From Acetivibrionales bacterium (lineage in GTDB: Bacteria; Bacillota; Clostridia; Acetivibrionales; JBMNNH01), in the NCBI GenBank assembly GCA_050953835.1, contig JBMNNH010000007.1:14607-78606 (forward strand): a DNA stretch of 64,000 nucleotides. Reading direction: 5' to 3'. The notes under the pieces were generated by a model. It made no database searches. It was not told the origin of the DNA and saw only the letters and a program-made list of their open reading frames with translations. The translations under genes and the position numbers were made by a program. Below are positions 1-10,900 of the stretch, one piece after another. Numbering within the stretch: the first letter of the stretch is position 1; every line of letters starts with the position of its first letter.

Positions 1-1178
1 TTGTAAAAATGTTAAGGGACAAACTCCCTGAAGGAAAGAGCCTCAGTGTTGCAGTTGCTGTAAATCCTTGGGGAATTAACAAAGGATGGCAGGGATCCTA
101 TGACTATGAAGAACTTGGCAAATATAGTGACTATCTTATGCTTATGGCCTATGACCAGAATTATGGAGGAAGCGCTCCGGGGCCTGTTGCCGGCTCGCAA
201 TTTGTGGAGGATTCAATAAAATATGCCCTTGGCAAGATTCCAAAAGAAAAGGTTGTACTTGGAATACCTTTCTATGGCCGGTATTGGAAAAGTGGCAGCT
301 CATACGGAGGGTACGGCATAAGCCTTACTGATGTGGAAGAGCTAATTAAAAATTATAGGGGACAGGTATCATTTGATAAAAGCAGTATGTCTGCAAAGGC
401 TGTTATAACCGTAAAATCCTGGGATAAAAAGCCTGTGCTTTTCGGAAGGCAGCTTGAGGCAGGAACTTATACAATATGGTATGAGAATGAACAATCCATC
501 AAGTACAAGCTGAGTTTGGTCCAAAAAATATGATATTAAAGGCACAGGCAGTTGGAGTCTTGGACAGGAACTCCCACAGACATGGGATTATTATAAACAG
601 TGGCTCAACGGCTGCTATTTTGAAGATATTAAAGGCCACTGGGCACAGGAAGCCATATGTAATGCAGAGAAAGCAGGTTGGATGATAGGCCTTTCCAATA
701 ATACATTTGCCCCAAATAATCCGCTTACCAGGGCTGAAGCGGTAACTGTGCTTGTACGTGCGTTCAACATGACTGCTGATGGTAAAGTTGAATATACTTT
801 CAATGATACAGCTAAGCATTGGCAAGGAAAGAAATAGAGATTGCCAGGGATAACGATATTGTTCTCGGTACTGGAAAGGGAAGATTTGAACCGGACAAGC
901 CTGTCACACGTGAGGAGATGGCAGTTATCCTGGACAGGTTGCTTGAGAATAAAAATGATAAGAAGGAATATAGGAATCCTTATAAAGATGTAAACTCAAA
1001 TAACTGTTCATGGTCTTACGAAGGAATTTTAAGGATGACACAATATGGTGTGTTTAAAGGAAATTCAGACGGGTATTTTTATCCGGACAGTAATACCACC
1101 CGTGGGGAGATGGCCGCTCTTATGTCCCGGATTGCGGTATTTACCGGGCAGGATGACGTTTATCTGGCTGGAAAGTAA
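1..1178 (+). pseudogene. GH18 (chitinase-like/YaaH-like) glycoside hydrolase with three C-terminal SLH domains; 5' end lies outside the window; reading frame broken twice
   Basis: Frame 3 (3..533) gives GH18 motifs (MAYDQNYGG, GIPFYGRYW). The protein continues stop-free in frame 1 from 529 to 834 (YDIKGTGSWSLGQE, then SLH1 FEDIKGHWAQEAI...TRAEAVTVLVRAF). It returns to frame 3 at ~822 (HW|ARKEIEIA, SLH2, SLH3; stop at 1176-1178). The shifts sit in an A6 run (523-528) and a GG run (821-822). Confidence 0.75.
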
Positions 1179-1194
1179 AGGCGAACAAATCAAA

Positions 1195-1240
1195 TTATAA
1201 GGAGACAAGTTCAAAAAATAAGAGGCTTGTCTCCTTATAA
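1195..1240 (+). terminator. Hairpin downstream of the GH18-SLH gene
   Basis: Perfect 15-bp inverted repeat TTATAAGGAGACAAG / CTTGTCTCCTTATAA, 17 nt after the stop. No clean T-tract follows on the + strand. Confidence 0.5.
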
Positions 1241-1318
1241 ATAAAAAACAGTTTGATTTTTAACAGTACTAGGAATATAATAATTTACTGAGAATATAAT
1301 AATCAAGTAAAACAATAA

Positions 1319-1356
1319 GACAGTTCGAAACCATCCTGTCTATAAACAAAACTACG
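1319..1356 (+). promoter_or_regulatory. preQ1-I riboswitch aptamer
   Basis: GACAG-UUCGAAACCAUC-CUGUC-UAUAAACAAAACUACGG lines up with the B. subtilis queC aptamer pattern recalled from memory (AGAGG-UUCUAGCUACAC-CCUCU-AUAAAAAACUAAGG). It lies upstream of a QueT-family gene. Confidence 0.75.
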
Positions 1357-1361
1357 GGCTT

Positions 1362-1390
1362 AAACTACCTGTACGGTAGTTTTGTTGTTT
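1362..1390 (+). terminator. Intrinsic terminator forming the preQ1 riboswitch expression platform
   Basis: AAACTACC-tgtac-GGTAGTTT followed by TGTTGTTT. The aptamer tail AAAACTAC duplicates the 5' arm, so it can pair with the 3' arm as an antiterminator. Confidence 0.7.
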
Positions 1391-1469
1391 ATGGGCTTGC
1401 GGGCCCTTTTATTATGGATCGTAAACTACAAGAAGGAGGCAGAGGACTGGCATAAATATGGAGGATACT

Positions 1470-1946
1470 ATGAGCAAAACAAGATTTATTACCCAGGCTG
1501 CGGTTATTGCAGCGCTATATGCAGCTTTGACAATTATTTTTCAACCTGTCAGTTTCCTTCAGACACAGGTAAGAGTTTCAGAAGGGCTTACTGTGCTTCC
1601 AATATTTACTCCTGCAGCTATTCCAGGCTTATTTCTGGGATGCCTGATTGCAAATATTTTCAGTCCTGTCGGAATACTGGATGTAATACTTGGTAGTTTG
1701 GCTACGCTTATTGCTGCCGTTGTAACATATAAAATGCCAAAGCCTTACCTGGCACCCATTCCACCCATAGTAATCAATGGTATAGTTATTGGGAGTTTAC
1801 TGAACTATGTTATGAACCTGCCACTGGTTCCTTCAATGTTATGGGTAGCACTCGGCCAGGCGATTACTTGCTACGGACTGGGCTATCCTCTTATTCTTAT
1901 ACTTAATAAGCTTAAGGATAAAGTTTTTTTCAGGGGTCAGGTATAG
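1470..1946 (+). CDS. queT: Queuosine-precursor transporter QueT (ECF S-component type)
   Basis: MSKTRFITQAAVIAALYAALTI... with a multi-TM profile typical of QueT, and a preQ1 riboswitch upstream. ATG 1470 sits 5 nt after GGAGG (1460-1464). The ORF-track start 1458 is 18 nt from its nearest SD. Confidence 0.75.
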   Translation: MSKTRFITQAAVIAALYAALTIIFQPVSFLQTQVRVSEGLTVLPIFTPAAIPGLFLGCLIANIFSPVGILDVILGSLATLIAAVVTYKMPKPYLAPIPPIVINGIVIGSLLNYVMNLPLVPSMLWVALGQAITCYGLGYPLILILNKLKDKVFFRGQV

Positions 1947-2626
1947 TTTTTGTTATACAAGTCCTTGTCATAAGGAGCCCTTCTTCCGATGCAATTCTCT
2001 CTGGGACACAGCTTACAGTTTTCATAGCCGGTTTCGGTAGGAAATTTTATGCCAGATACTGACTTAATTGGGGTCATGAGAAAACTCTCCGTTAAAGACA
2101 CTCCTGTGAGCCCTTTTACATCACCAAGAATTTGGAAAAGGGATTTTTGCTCACTTATTGGCCAGTCCTTAAGGGATCCCGGATTCATATTTGATGTTTT
2201 TCCCGGACTCAGGTTCTGCTCCACGTGCTGGTCAAAGCATTTCATAGCCTGTTGAAGGGCCTGTACTTTAATTGCATCAGCCCAGAAGTTCTCCAATATG
2301 TCGCTTATCGAAGTTGACCAGTTTTCCAGTTCTGTTCCACAGGTTGCCACATAAGGGAATACCCTGTGTACATCCTTAAGGTTCACACTCATTACACGGC
2401 TGGTAAGCTTTATTCCCTCAATGATTACTGAATCAGGATATTTTGATTCTATATACGCAACCTTGTAGAGGACCTTCGGTCTGGCTATGGCTTCGGCTTC
2501 ATCCACCATTCTTTTAATTGCCTGTGCATCTTCACCAGACTCATCTACCCTCAAAGTTTTAAACAGTTGGTTTAGATCTGCCTTGAACTTAATATCATCG
2601 AGTAAAACAAAATCCAATAAAAGCAC
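1937..2626 (-). CDS. Methionine synthase (B12-dependent) activation-domain-like protein
   Basis: ~229 aa with a C-terminal CKLCPRENCIGRRAPYD cysteine motif. Overall it resembles the stand-alone Met_synt_B12-type proteins annotated in Clostridia. Assigned from memory only. Confidence 0.45.
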   Translation of the reverse strand: MLLLDFVLLDDIKFKADLNQLFKTLRVDESGEDAQAIKRMVDEAEAIARPKVLYKVAYIESKYPDSVIIEGIKLTSRVMSVNLKDVHRVFPYVATCGTELENWSTSISDILENFWADAIKVQALQQAMKCFDQHVEQNLSPGKTSNMNPGSLKDWPISEQKSLFQILGDVKGLTGVSLTESFLMTPIKSVSGIKFPTETGYENCKLCPRENCIGRRAPYDKDLYNKNYT

Positions 2627-2927
2627 CTCTTCCCATGGGATTATACATAATGTACCAATTCCGGATTCGGAATTCCGTTTTATTTTTAATACTTCTAATT
2701 AAATAATAGCAGATTATATAAGTTATTAATATAAGAAATTTGTGATATTTGTGAAATATTTTAAATTTCAGGATGAATAATGACAAAAATTTATAAGAAG
2801 GTTATAATATAATTCAAATTGTTGTATTAGTTGGTTTTGATTATTATGGTTTTAAGACTAAGAATTTACAAGTTTGCTGTAAGCTGTGTTAGAATTGTTT
2901 GCTTAAATAAGGGGCAGGAGGTATTAA

Positions 2928-3848
2928 ATGGGTATAGTATCAATTATTAATGAGGTGCTAGTTCTTTTTTTCATTATAATTATTGGCTATTTTGCAAAAA
3001 AATATAACATAATAAACCATGAAGCGAATAAAAAAATAACTGAATTACTGCTAAAAATTACTACCCCTTGTATGCTGGTTTCATCCTTTCAATTCGATTT
3101 TTCGCTCAAAATGTTGTTTAATGCTATGATTTTTTTCCTTTGTGCACTAGGAATCCTTGTTTTTTCTGTTTTTGTAGGTGAGATTATTTTTAACAGGTTT
3201 CCGCTTGGTAAAAAAAGTGTATTAAAACATGTAACAGTATTTTCAAACAATACCTTTATGGGTTTTCCTGTACTAGAGGCTTTTTATGGTAAGATAGGTG
3301 TATTTTACGGTTCTGTTTTTTTAATTCCTAACAACCTGTTATTATGGACTTATGGGGTTTTTGTTTTTAACAAAAAGAAAGACATAAAGTCGATGAAGAA
3401 AGCTTTGCTAAACCCAGGATTTATTGCGGTAATAATAGGGTTTTTATTATTTATTCTTTCGATAGAACTTCCTTACCCAGTTTTAAAAACACTTGAGACA
3501 GTAGGTTCAATTACCAGCCCGCTAGCAATGGTTATTATTGGCGCATCATTGGCAGATTTGGATTTTAAGTCCATTTTCTCCTGGAGCCAGGCCTATTATG
3601 GTATAGTTTTAAGAATAATCATAATCCCTTTGGTAGCATTTTCAGCTTTAAAACTGCTGGGAATTGAAGGAGATCTAATGTCAATCTTAGTTTTATTAAC
3701 TGCTATGCCTGCTGCTGCGATTACAGCACTTTTTGCCAATATGTACGGAGGGGACATTTCTTTTGCATCAAGATCAATAGGTATATCAACCATTCTATCT
3801 GTCTTTACACTTTCTCTGTTTGTTTTGCTTATTCAGGGGGGCACTTAA
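2928..3848 (+). CDS. AEC (auxin efflux carrier) family transporter
   Basis: 306 aa, about 10 TM segments, N-terminus MGIVSIINEVLVLFFIIIIGYFAKK typical of pfam03547 proteins. GGAGG lies 7 nt upstream. Confidence 0.75.
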   Translation: MGIVSIINEVLVLFFIIIIGYFAKKYNIINHEANKKITELLLKITTPCMLVSSFQFDFSLKMLFNAMIFFLCALGILVFSVFVGEIIFNRFPLGKKSVLKHVTVFSNNTFMGFPVLEAFYGKIGVFYGSVFLIPNNLLLWTYGVFVFNKKKDIKSMKKALLNPGFIAVIIGFLLFILSIELPYPVLKTLETVGSITSPLAMVIIGASLADLDFKSIFSWSQAYYGIVLRIIIIPLVAFSALKLLGIEGDLMSILVLLTAMPAAAITALFANMYGGDISFASRSIGISTILSVFTLSLFVLLIQGGT

Positions 3849-4950
3849 TATCAGTATTCTTTGGATTGAGTTTTTTGTCAATGGCATCAGTAAGCATAAC
3901 TTTTACTACAGCAACTAACGGGACACCAAGCAGCATTCCTACAACGCCAAACAGACCTCCTCCGAGGAGTATTGCCAGTATAACCCATATAGGACTTAAA
4001 CCTACACTGTCTCCCAGTATTTTAGGTCCAAGAATAAACCCGTCAAACTGCTGTAGAATAAATATAAAAAGTAATACCCAGAGAGTTTTTTGAGGGTAAT
4101 TGAAGAAAGTAAGAATAACTGCCGGAATCATACCAAAAATGGGGCCTATATAAGGTATCATGTTGGTTACACCAACAATCAAACTTATTAGTAACGCAAA
4201 CGGTACTTTCATAATTCGAAGGCCAATAAAACACAAAATACCAATGATAAGAGAATCAATAGCTTTCCCAATAAGAAAACGTGAAAACATTTTGTTTACC
4301 TTCCCGGCAGCGTCCATCAGCTTATCAGCATTTTCCCCGCTGAAAAAGGCATAAAAGAACCTTTTAAAACTCTTTATTAATACTTCCTTATCTTTTAATA
4401 GATATATGGATATCACTGATCCGAACAAAAACCTAATAAGGGTTGAAGTGAAGCTTAATGCATTGGAAATAAGCGTGTTAATCGTGGAATCAAGGAAAAC
4501 ATTCACTTTGTCCATAATATACCTGAGGTTCACTTCAATATAATAGTCAACACCATAGTCTTTCACCCATTCGGTTTTGGTTAATGTATTTTTCAACCAG
4601 TTTCTGGTGGTTATCCAGTATCTAGGTATATTATCAAGAAGGCTCTTAATATTTTCCAGTATAACAGGTGAAATAACCAGAACAAAGAAAATAATTATTC
4701 CCACATACACCACGAATACTATAGGGAGGCTTAAATACCTTCGGAGCTTGAATTTTCTCTCAAGAAACACCATGGGTGGGTTAAGCACATATGCAATAGC
4801 AACTGCCCATAGAATATAGCTTATCAGGGAAAGGACATAGCCTATCCATCCCACAAATGTCTCAATATTGTTTATTATTTTGTATAGTGCGAAAGCTATA
4901 ATCAGTATTGGAATAAACTTCAAATAACGTATTTTTCTATTCTTAAGCAA
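3829..4950 (-). CDS. AI-2E family transporter (PerM/YtvI-like)
   Basis: 373 aa polytopic membrane protein. The C-terminal block GPKILGDSVGLSPIWVILAILLGGGLFGVVGMLLGVPL is characteristic of UPF0118/AI-2E. TTG start. Confidence 0.75.
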   Translation of the reverse strand: MLKNRKIRYLKFIPILIIAFALYKIINNIETFVGWIGYVLSLISYILWAVAIAYVLNPPMVFLERKFKLRRYLSLPIVFVVYVGIIIFFVLVISPVILENIKSLLDNIPRYWITTRNWLKNTLTKTEWVKDYGVDYYIEVNLRYIMDKVNVFLDSTINTLISNALSFTSTLIRFLFGSVISIYLLKDKEVLIKSFKRFFYAFFSGENADKLMDAAGKVNKMFSRFLIGKAIDSLIIGILCFIGLRIMKVPFALLISLIVGVTNMIPYIGPIFGMIPAVILTFFNYPQKTLWVLLFIFILQQFDGFILGPKILGDSVGLSPIWVILAILLGGGLFGVVGMLLGVPLVAVVKVMLTDAIDKKLNPKNTDIKCPPE

Positions 4951-5299
4951 CTATGCAATTCCCTTCTATGGACAATTCTATTTTAAGCCTGCTATAATAT
5001 AATTATACACATAATTCTCCAAACTCTGCAACAGGATTTGCGAACAGGTCATACATAGAAAAATTCACCCTTGCGAACACAGCTACTAAATTATTTAGTT
5101 AACCCTGCCATATTTGTATATCCTGATTGCTAATGCTTCAAGAATTGGATTTGGTGTGGTTTAAACTCAGGAATTTGGATATTATTATATAATAGCTACT
5201 AAAACATAATAATTGGTGCTATTTGCATTGAAAACGAATTTTTTTGACAATAGAGTATAATTAAGTATATACTTTATTAATGATAGGAGGTATGATCGA

Positions 5300-5899
5300 A
5301 TGAATAATGCAGTTTTAAAAATTGAGCCTAGGAAGGCATTAGGTGGAGGAAAAGTTAAGAGATTAAGGGCAAACGGTTATGTGCCGGCCGTTGTATATGG
5401 CAAGGAAGTTGATGCTACTCCTCTAGCGATAAAGGTATCCAACCTGAGGGAAAGCCTGGTAAAGAACGGTAAAAATGCAGTGTTTAATATTGAACTTGAA
5501 AATGGCAAATCATATCCGGTAGTTATCAAGGAAATACAATATGACATTTTAAAAAACGGATATCAACACGTTGATTTGCAGCAGGTTTCCCTAACAGAGA
5601 AAAGAAAGGCATCAGTACCGGTAAGGCTGGTTGGCTCATCTGAAGGAATAGTAGTTCATCAGATTGATGAAATCGAAGTGGAATGCCTGCCTCTGGAAAC
5701 ACCTGAATATATTGAAGCTGATATTTCACACTTAACAGTTGGCAGCAATCTGGTTGCAGGTGATTTAAAAATGCCGGAAAATGTAACCCTTTTATCTGAC
5801 CCTGAGAGTGTGATAGCATCAATAACTGAGGTTAAACAAATTGCAGATGAGGGAGAAGATGAAGGAGGAGAAACTGAAACCGCAGACGATGGTGCGTAG
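5300..5899 (+). CDS. rplY: 50S ribosomal protein L25 / general stress protein Ctc
   Basis: N-terminus RKALGGGKVKRLRANGYVPAVVYGKEV plus an acidic C-terminal tail. AGGAGG RBS. Confidence 0.9.
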   Translation: MNNAVLKIEPRKALGGGKVKRLRANGYVPAVVYGKEVDATPLAIKVSNLRESLVKNGKNAVFNIELENGKSYPVVIKEIQYDILKNGYQHVDLQQVSLTEKRKASVPVRLVGSSEGIVVHQIDEIEVECLPLETPEYIEADISHLTVGSNLVAGDLKMPENVTLLSDPESVIASITEVKQIADEGEDEGGETETADDGA

Positions 5900-5962
5900 G
5901 TACCGGCAGGAGAATAACAGGTATGAGTGGGAGCAGACATGAAAAGTAGAGGAATAATAATG

Positions 5963-5990
5963 AAAGGCTGAATGACTCAGCCTTTTTTTT
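5963..5990 (+). terminator. Intrinsic terminator after rplY
   Basis: AAAGGCTGA-atgac-TCAGCCTTT followed by a T-run. Confidence 0.85.
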
Positions 5991-6096
5991 CGCCAGACAA
6001 GTCTAATCATTGTGTATATCAATAATTTTACTCAATAGGTGACAAATTAATAGACGTATTATAACATAATGTTGAAAGAAAAAGGAGGGGTGACCT

Positions 6097-7806
6097 TTGA
6101 GAGATAAAAGAGACATGGAAAGCATATTAGAATTTATTGATGGAAAAGGCTACAAGGCCTATAAAGAAATAAGCGGTGAATATGATTATGGAAGCTATAC
6201 GCTTTCAGTTGACCATGTTCAGGCGGATCCCTTTGCAGCTCCGTCAAAATGTAGGGCGATAGTATCACAAAAGGATGCTGCTTTTCCTGTTGAACTATTT
6301 GACCTTCACCATAAAAAAGTTGCAGTTTCTGATTTTCTGACCAGGGTGTTCCGGAAAAACATAAAAAAATACTATGAAGGAACCGGTGGTTCAGGCAAAA
6401 GTGGTACATTGGCTATTGATCGTTGCGGCCAGGAGATGCTTGAGCGTACATCTGTAATAATTGATAAGAATAAGGTTGAAGTAAGGTTTGAGGTTGGGCT
6501 TCCTGCTGCAGGGAGAAAAATACTTGGTAAAGCCGCTAGTTTTATATTCTCTCAGGCTCTTCCCAAAATAGTTGAGAACTCATTGTACTATAGCAATATC
6601 GATTCCAAAACTCTGAGGCGGCAGGTAGATCTGGCGGTTGACCAGGCATTTTTAAGGCATGAGATAAGAAAAAGAGGACTCACATGTTTTATTGCCAATG
6701 GATCTATTCTGCCAAGAGAAAGCGGAGTTTCCGATTGTCCTATGGCAAAAGGGGCAATTCCTTTTCAGAGTCCGCCAAGCCTTGAAATTGAAATAAACCT
6801 TCCCAATAAGGGCACGGTAAAAGGAATGGGTATACCCGAAGGGATAACGCTGATTGTTGGCGGGGGTTACCATGGTAAGTCAACCTTATTAAGTGCAATT
6901 GAGCTAGGCGTATATAACCATATTGAAGGGGATGGAAGAGAATATATCGGGACAAGGGACAATGCGATAAAGATCCGTGCTGAGGATGGGCGCAGAGTGG
7001 AAAAGGTCAATATATCACCATTTATAAATAATCTGCCCAACGGGCAGGATACTTACAGGTTTTCCACCGAAAACGCAAGCGGGAGCACCTCCCAGGCTGC
7101 AAATATAATGGAAGCACTGGAGATGGGCACTGATTTGCTTCTTATTGACGAAGATACTTCTGCCACCAATTTTATGATTAGAGATACAAGGATGCAAAAG
7201 CTTGTGTCAAAGGATAAGGAGCCAATAACTCCGTTCATACACAAAGCAAGACAGCTATATAAGGACTACGGGGTTTCCACTATTCTGGTAGTTGGAGGAT
7301 CAGGAGATTACTTTGATATTGCCGATTTGGTTATAATGATGGATGAATACATACCTAAGGATGTAACTGGCAGAGCGAAAGAAATAGCAAACTCTTACTG
7401 CTATTCCCAAAATGATTCTGTTAATACTAGTTTTGGGGAGGTTACTCCAAGGGTTATTTTAAGGTCAGGGTTTCCTGAAGGGCAAAAGGGCATTAGAATT
7501 AAGCCAAGGGGCTTGCACAAGGTATTATATAATAAATCAGAAATTGACCTGTCCAATATTGAGCAGCTGGTTGATACCAGCCAGACAAACTGTCTGGCAG
7601 TAATGCTTGAATACCTGGTAAAAAGAGTGATTAATGACAAATTGACCATTAAACAGGCAGTAGATATTGTTTATGAACAAATACAGGAAAGAGGGCTGGA
7701 TGGAATATCGCCATACACAGGCCATCCCGGGAATCTTGCGCTGCCGCGGAAATATGAGTTCAGCGCAATGCTCAACAGGTACAGGGAGCTTAGGATTAAA
7801 GGTTAG
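6097..7806 (+). CDS. ABC-ATPase domain protein (predicted ATPase of the ABC class, COG3044/PF09818-like)
   Basis: 569 aa, Walker A GGGYHGKSTLL, Walker B LLLIDEDTSATNF. TTG start 7 nt after GGAGGGG. Confidence 0.7.
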   Translation: MRDKRDMESILEFIDGKGYKAYKEISGEYDYGSYTLSVDHVQADPFAAPSKCRAIVSQKDAAFPVELFDLHHKKVAVSDFLTRVFRKNIKKYYEGTGGSGKSGTLAIDRCGQEMLERTSVIIDKNKVEVRFEVGLPAAGRKILGKAASFIFSQALPKIVENSLYYSNIDSKTLRRQVDLAVDQAFLRHEIRKRGLTCFIANGSILPRESGVSDCPMAKGAIPFQSPPSLEIEINLPNKGTVKGMGIPEGITLIVGGGYHGKSTLLSAIELGVYNHIEGDGREYIGTRDNAIKIRAEDGRRVEKVNISPFINNLPNGQDTYRFSTENASGSTSQAANIMEALEMGTDLLLIDEDTSATNFMIRDTRMQKLVSKDKEPITPFIHKARQLYKDYGVSTILVVGGSGDYFDIADLVIMMDEYIPKDVTGRAKEIANSYCYSQNDSVNTSFGEVTPRVILRSGFPEGQKGIRIKPRGLHKVLYNKSEIDLSNIEQLVDTSQTNCLAVMLEYLVKRVINDKLTIKQAVDIVYEQIQERGLDGISPYTGHPGNLALPRKYEFSAMLNRYRELRIKG

Positions 7807-7900
7807 TCAAATGCATAATATCCCTCAAAAGGCTAAAAATATCCTATAGGGTTGAATTAGCACTATAGCGGTATAACAAACGTTTGAGGGAGAGAAATGA

Positions 7901-10900
7901 ATGTACTATATCATTGTTTTAAGTGTTTTAATCTTTATTGCACTGGGGTTATTTTCCACATCAAGGATAAAAAGAAAGCGGATTGAAGAACAGGAAAATC
8001 TGGAGTTCGGAATAGAAAGCATAAAAACTGATGGCTCTGACAAATATATGAAGGGACTTGCCCAGCAGCATAGCATTAGCAGTTATCGCCGTTGTTCAGC
8101 AAAAATAATAAAAAATAACAGAAAATACTGGCAGAATATCAAAAGAAATTACCATTATGTAAGGGATATTCCCGAAAAGCTGTTGAGCCTGGTCCCTTCT
8201 GCTCAATGGCTTATTGATAACTATTATGTAATAAACAGGGAAAACAGGGTAATAAAGGAGAGCTTTACACGTAGAGCCTATAAAAAGATGCCGTGCCTTA
8301 AAAATGAAAGGTTAAACGGTTGCCCACGGCTATATTCTGTAGCACGTGAAATGCTTCGGGTAAGCGATTTCCATCTTGATGAGGACACTATAGTAAAACT
8401 GCTAAATGCCTATCAGGAGTGTAAGCCCCTGACAATTTCCGAATTATGGGCATTTAATAATATCTTGAAAATATGTCTCATTGAAAATATCAACGTGCTT
8501 TCAGACCGTATTGTATACAGCTTGAAAACCAAACAGAGGGCGGATGCACTTTTTGACAGGGTATTAGCAAAATCGTTTTTATCAGTGGAAGAAGTAATTC
8601 AAAACCTTGTGCAGGAATTGAATAAGGATGATCTGAAGAATCAGAGTTTTACAGCACATGTGTTATATAGGCTCAGGGAAATAGATGTGGAAGATTCTAG
8701 CTTTAAGCACTCGATACATACAGGTAGGGAAGAAGAACAGATAGACCTTTCTGCCGCTATCAGGGCTGAGTCCCAGTATCAGGCATCTCTACAGGTTAAA
8801 GTAAGTTCTGCAATAACCAGCCTTATTGAGGTATCAGCAATAGATTGGGAAAAGCTTTTTCAGAGAATAAGTACTGTCGAAGGGATATTGAATAATGACC
8901 CATCAGGAGTATACCCGCAAATGGACTTTGCAACAAGGGATGAATACCACCACATGGTTGAAAAACTTGCCGGATACCTGAAGACTGGAGAAGTGGATGT
9001 TGCAAAAAGGTCTGTTGAGTTGAGTTTGTGCAGAACAGATAATAATGTAAGGTCAGTTTTTTCCCATGTGGGATATTACCTTATGGGAAAGGGAAGTTAT
9101 ACCTTGAAGAAGTCCTTTAACTATAAGCCTTCTGTAATCAGAAGGCTGCTGGACTGGGCTCAACTGAATTGCGGGAGCATATATTTCGTGGGCATATTTC
9201 TCCTGACCATCATTATTGAGACACTGATAGTATATTATTCAATATCATCATTGCCGGAATTAGGTATGTTTGCACTAGCAGGGTTACTTTTTTTTACTAC
9301 TGTAATTTCTCTGACGATAGCTCTTGAAATTGTCAATTTTCTGGTTACAAGCGTTAAAAAGCCTGTCAGACTGCCCAGCATGGACTTTGAGGAAAAAATC
9401 CCTGAGGAGTGCAGTACGATGGTTGTTATGCCTGTAATACTCTCATCAAAACAGCAGGTTAAGGAGTATGTAGATAAATTAGAGATGTATTATCTGGCTA
9501 ACCGGCATGAGAACCTCTATTTCTCCATACTAGGCGACTGCAGGGATGCTAAGTGCCGTGAACAACCTGAGGACAAGGAAATAATAAGTTTTGCAGTAGA
9601 AAACATAAATCGTCTCAATTATAAATATAAAGGCGATTCAGAAGGGCCTTTCTACTTTTTCCACCGTTATAGGAAGTGGAACGAAAAAGAGGGCTGCTGG
9701 ATGGGATGGGAACGGAAAAGGGGTAAGCTTGAGGAGTTTAACAAGCTTCTGGTTGGTGACAGGGATACTTCATATAATGTAATTATTGGGAATAAACAAG
9801 TGTTTCCGAAACTGAAATATGTAATAACAATTGATGCAGATACCGAGCTTACTAAAGATAGTGCAAGCGGACTAATTGGTATTATGGCGCATCCGCTGAA
9901 CAAACCTGTGTTGAATAAGGAAAGAAACATGGTGGTTGAAGGTTATGCCCTTTTGCAGCCAAGGATAGGCGTGAGGGTTAATTATGCATTGGCATCATTT
10001 TTTTCGAGAACATTTGCGGGGCAGGCAGGAGTAGAACCATATTCTAATACCGTATCTGATGTTTATCAGGACTCTTTTGAAGAAGGAACATTTACAGGTA
10101 AAGGGATTTATGATTTAAGGGTTTTCCATAAGGTGCTTAACGGAACCATACCTGAGAATGCAGTTTTAAGCCATGACCTTCTTGAAGGGTGTTATACACG
10201 GTGTGCTTTTGCTGCCTGTGTAGAATTAATGGATGGCTATCCATCAACAGTGGCTTCATTTTTCAGAAGGGAACACAGATGGATACGCGGTGACTGGCAG
10301 CTTCTCCCCTGGCTTTTTGGCAGAGATTCATTGAGCTACCTCTCAAGGTGGAAAATATTTGACAATATGAGAAGGAGCATTGTCCCAGTGAGCCAGCTTG
10401 CCATTACATTGGCGGCATTTAGCTTATTAAATTGGGATTTTTATGTATGGGGTTTGTTTATACTTTTCAGTATGATATTTTCATTAATAGTTAATGTCTC
10501 AAATACTACATTATTCTGGATAAAAAAATATGGTACCAATACCTATGTGTCAAATTTCTTAAACAGTATAATAACTATTATTAAACAGGGAATATTGTTG
10601 TTCATACTTATGCCATACAGGTCGTTTATTTCACTGGATGCAATAATAAGAACCTTGTATAGATTAAGCATATCCAGGAGAAAAATGTTGGAATGGCAGA
10701 CATCAGAATCAGTGGAAAACAATATTGAAAACACCCTGTGGTCTTACATTAAGACAATGTGGGCAGGATATGTTTCAGGAATACTATTACTTATTATTGC
10801 AAACAAGGGCAGGTGGAGCATCGTTTTCCCAATAGCAGTACTCTGGGTTGCAAGTCCTGTAGTAAGTTATTATATAAGCCTGATACTTAAGAAAGAAAAG

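Noticed and set aside
1382-1696. Plus-strand 104-aa ORF overlapping the preQ1 terminator and queT in another frame.
   Set aside because: It starts inside the terminator hairpin, is Cys/Tyr-rich with no family resemblance, and the overlapping queT frame is well supported.
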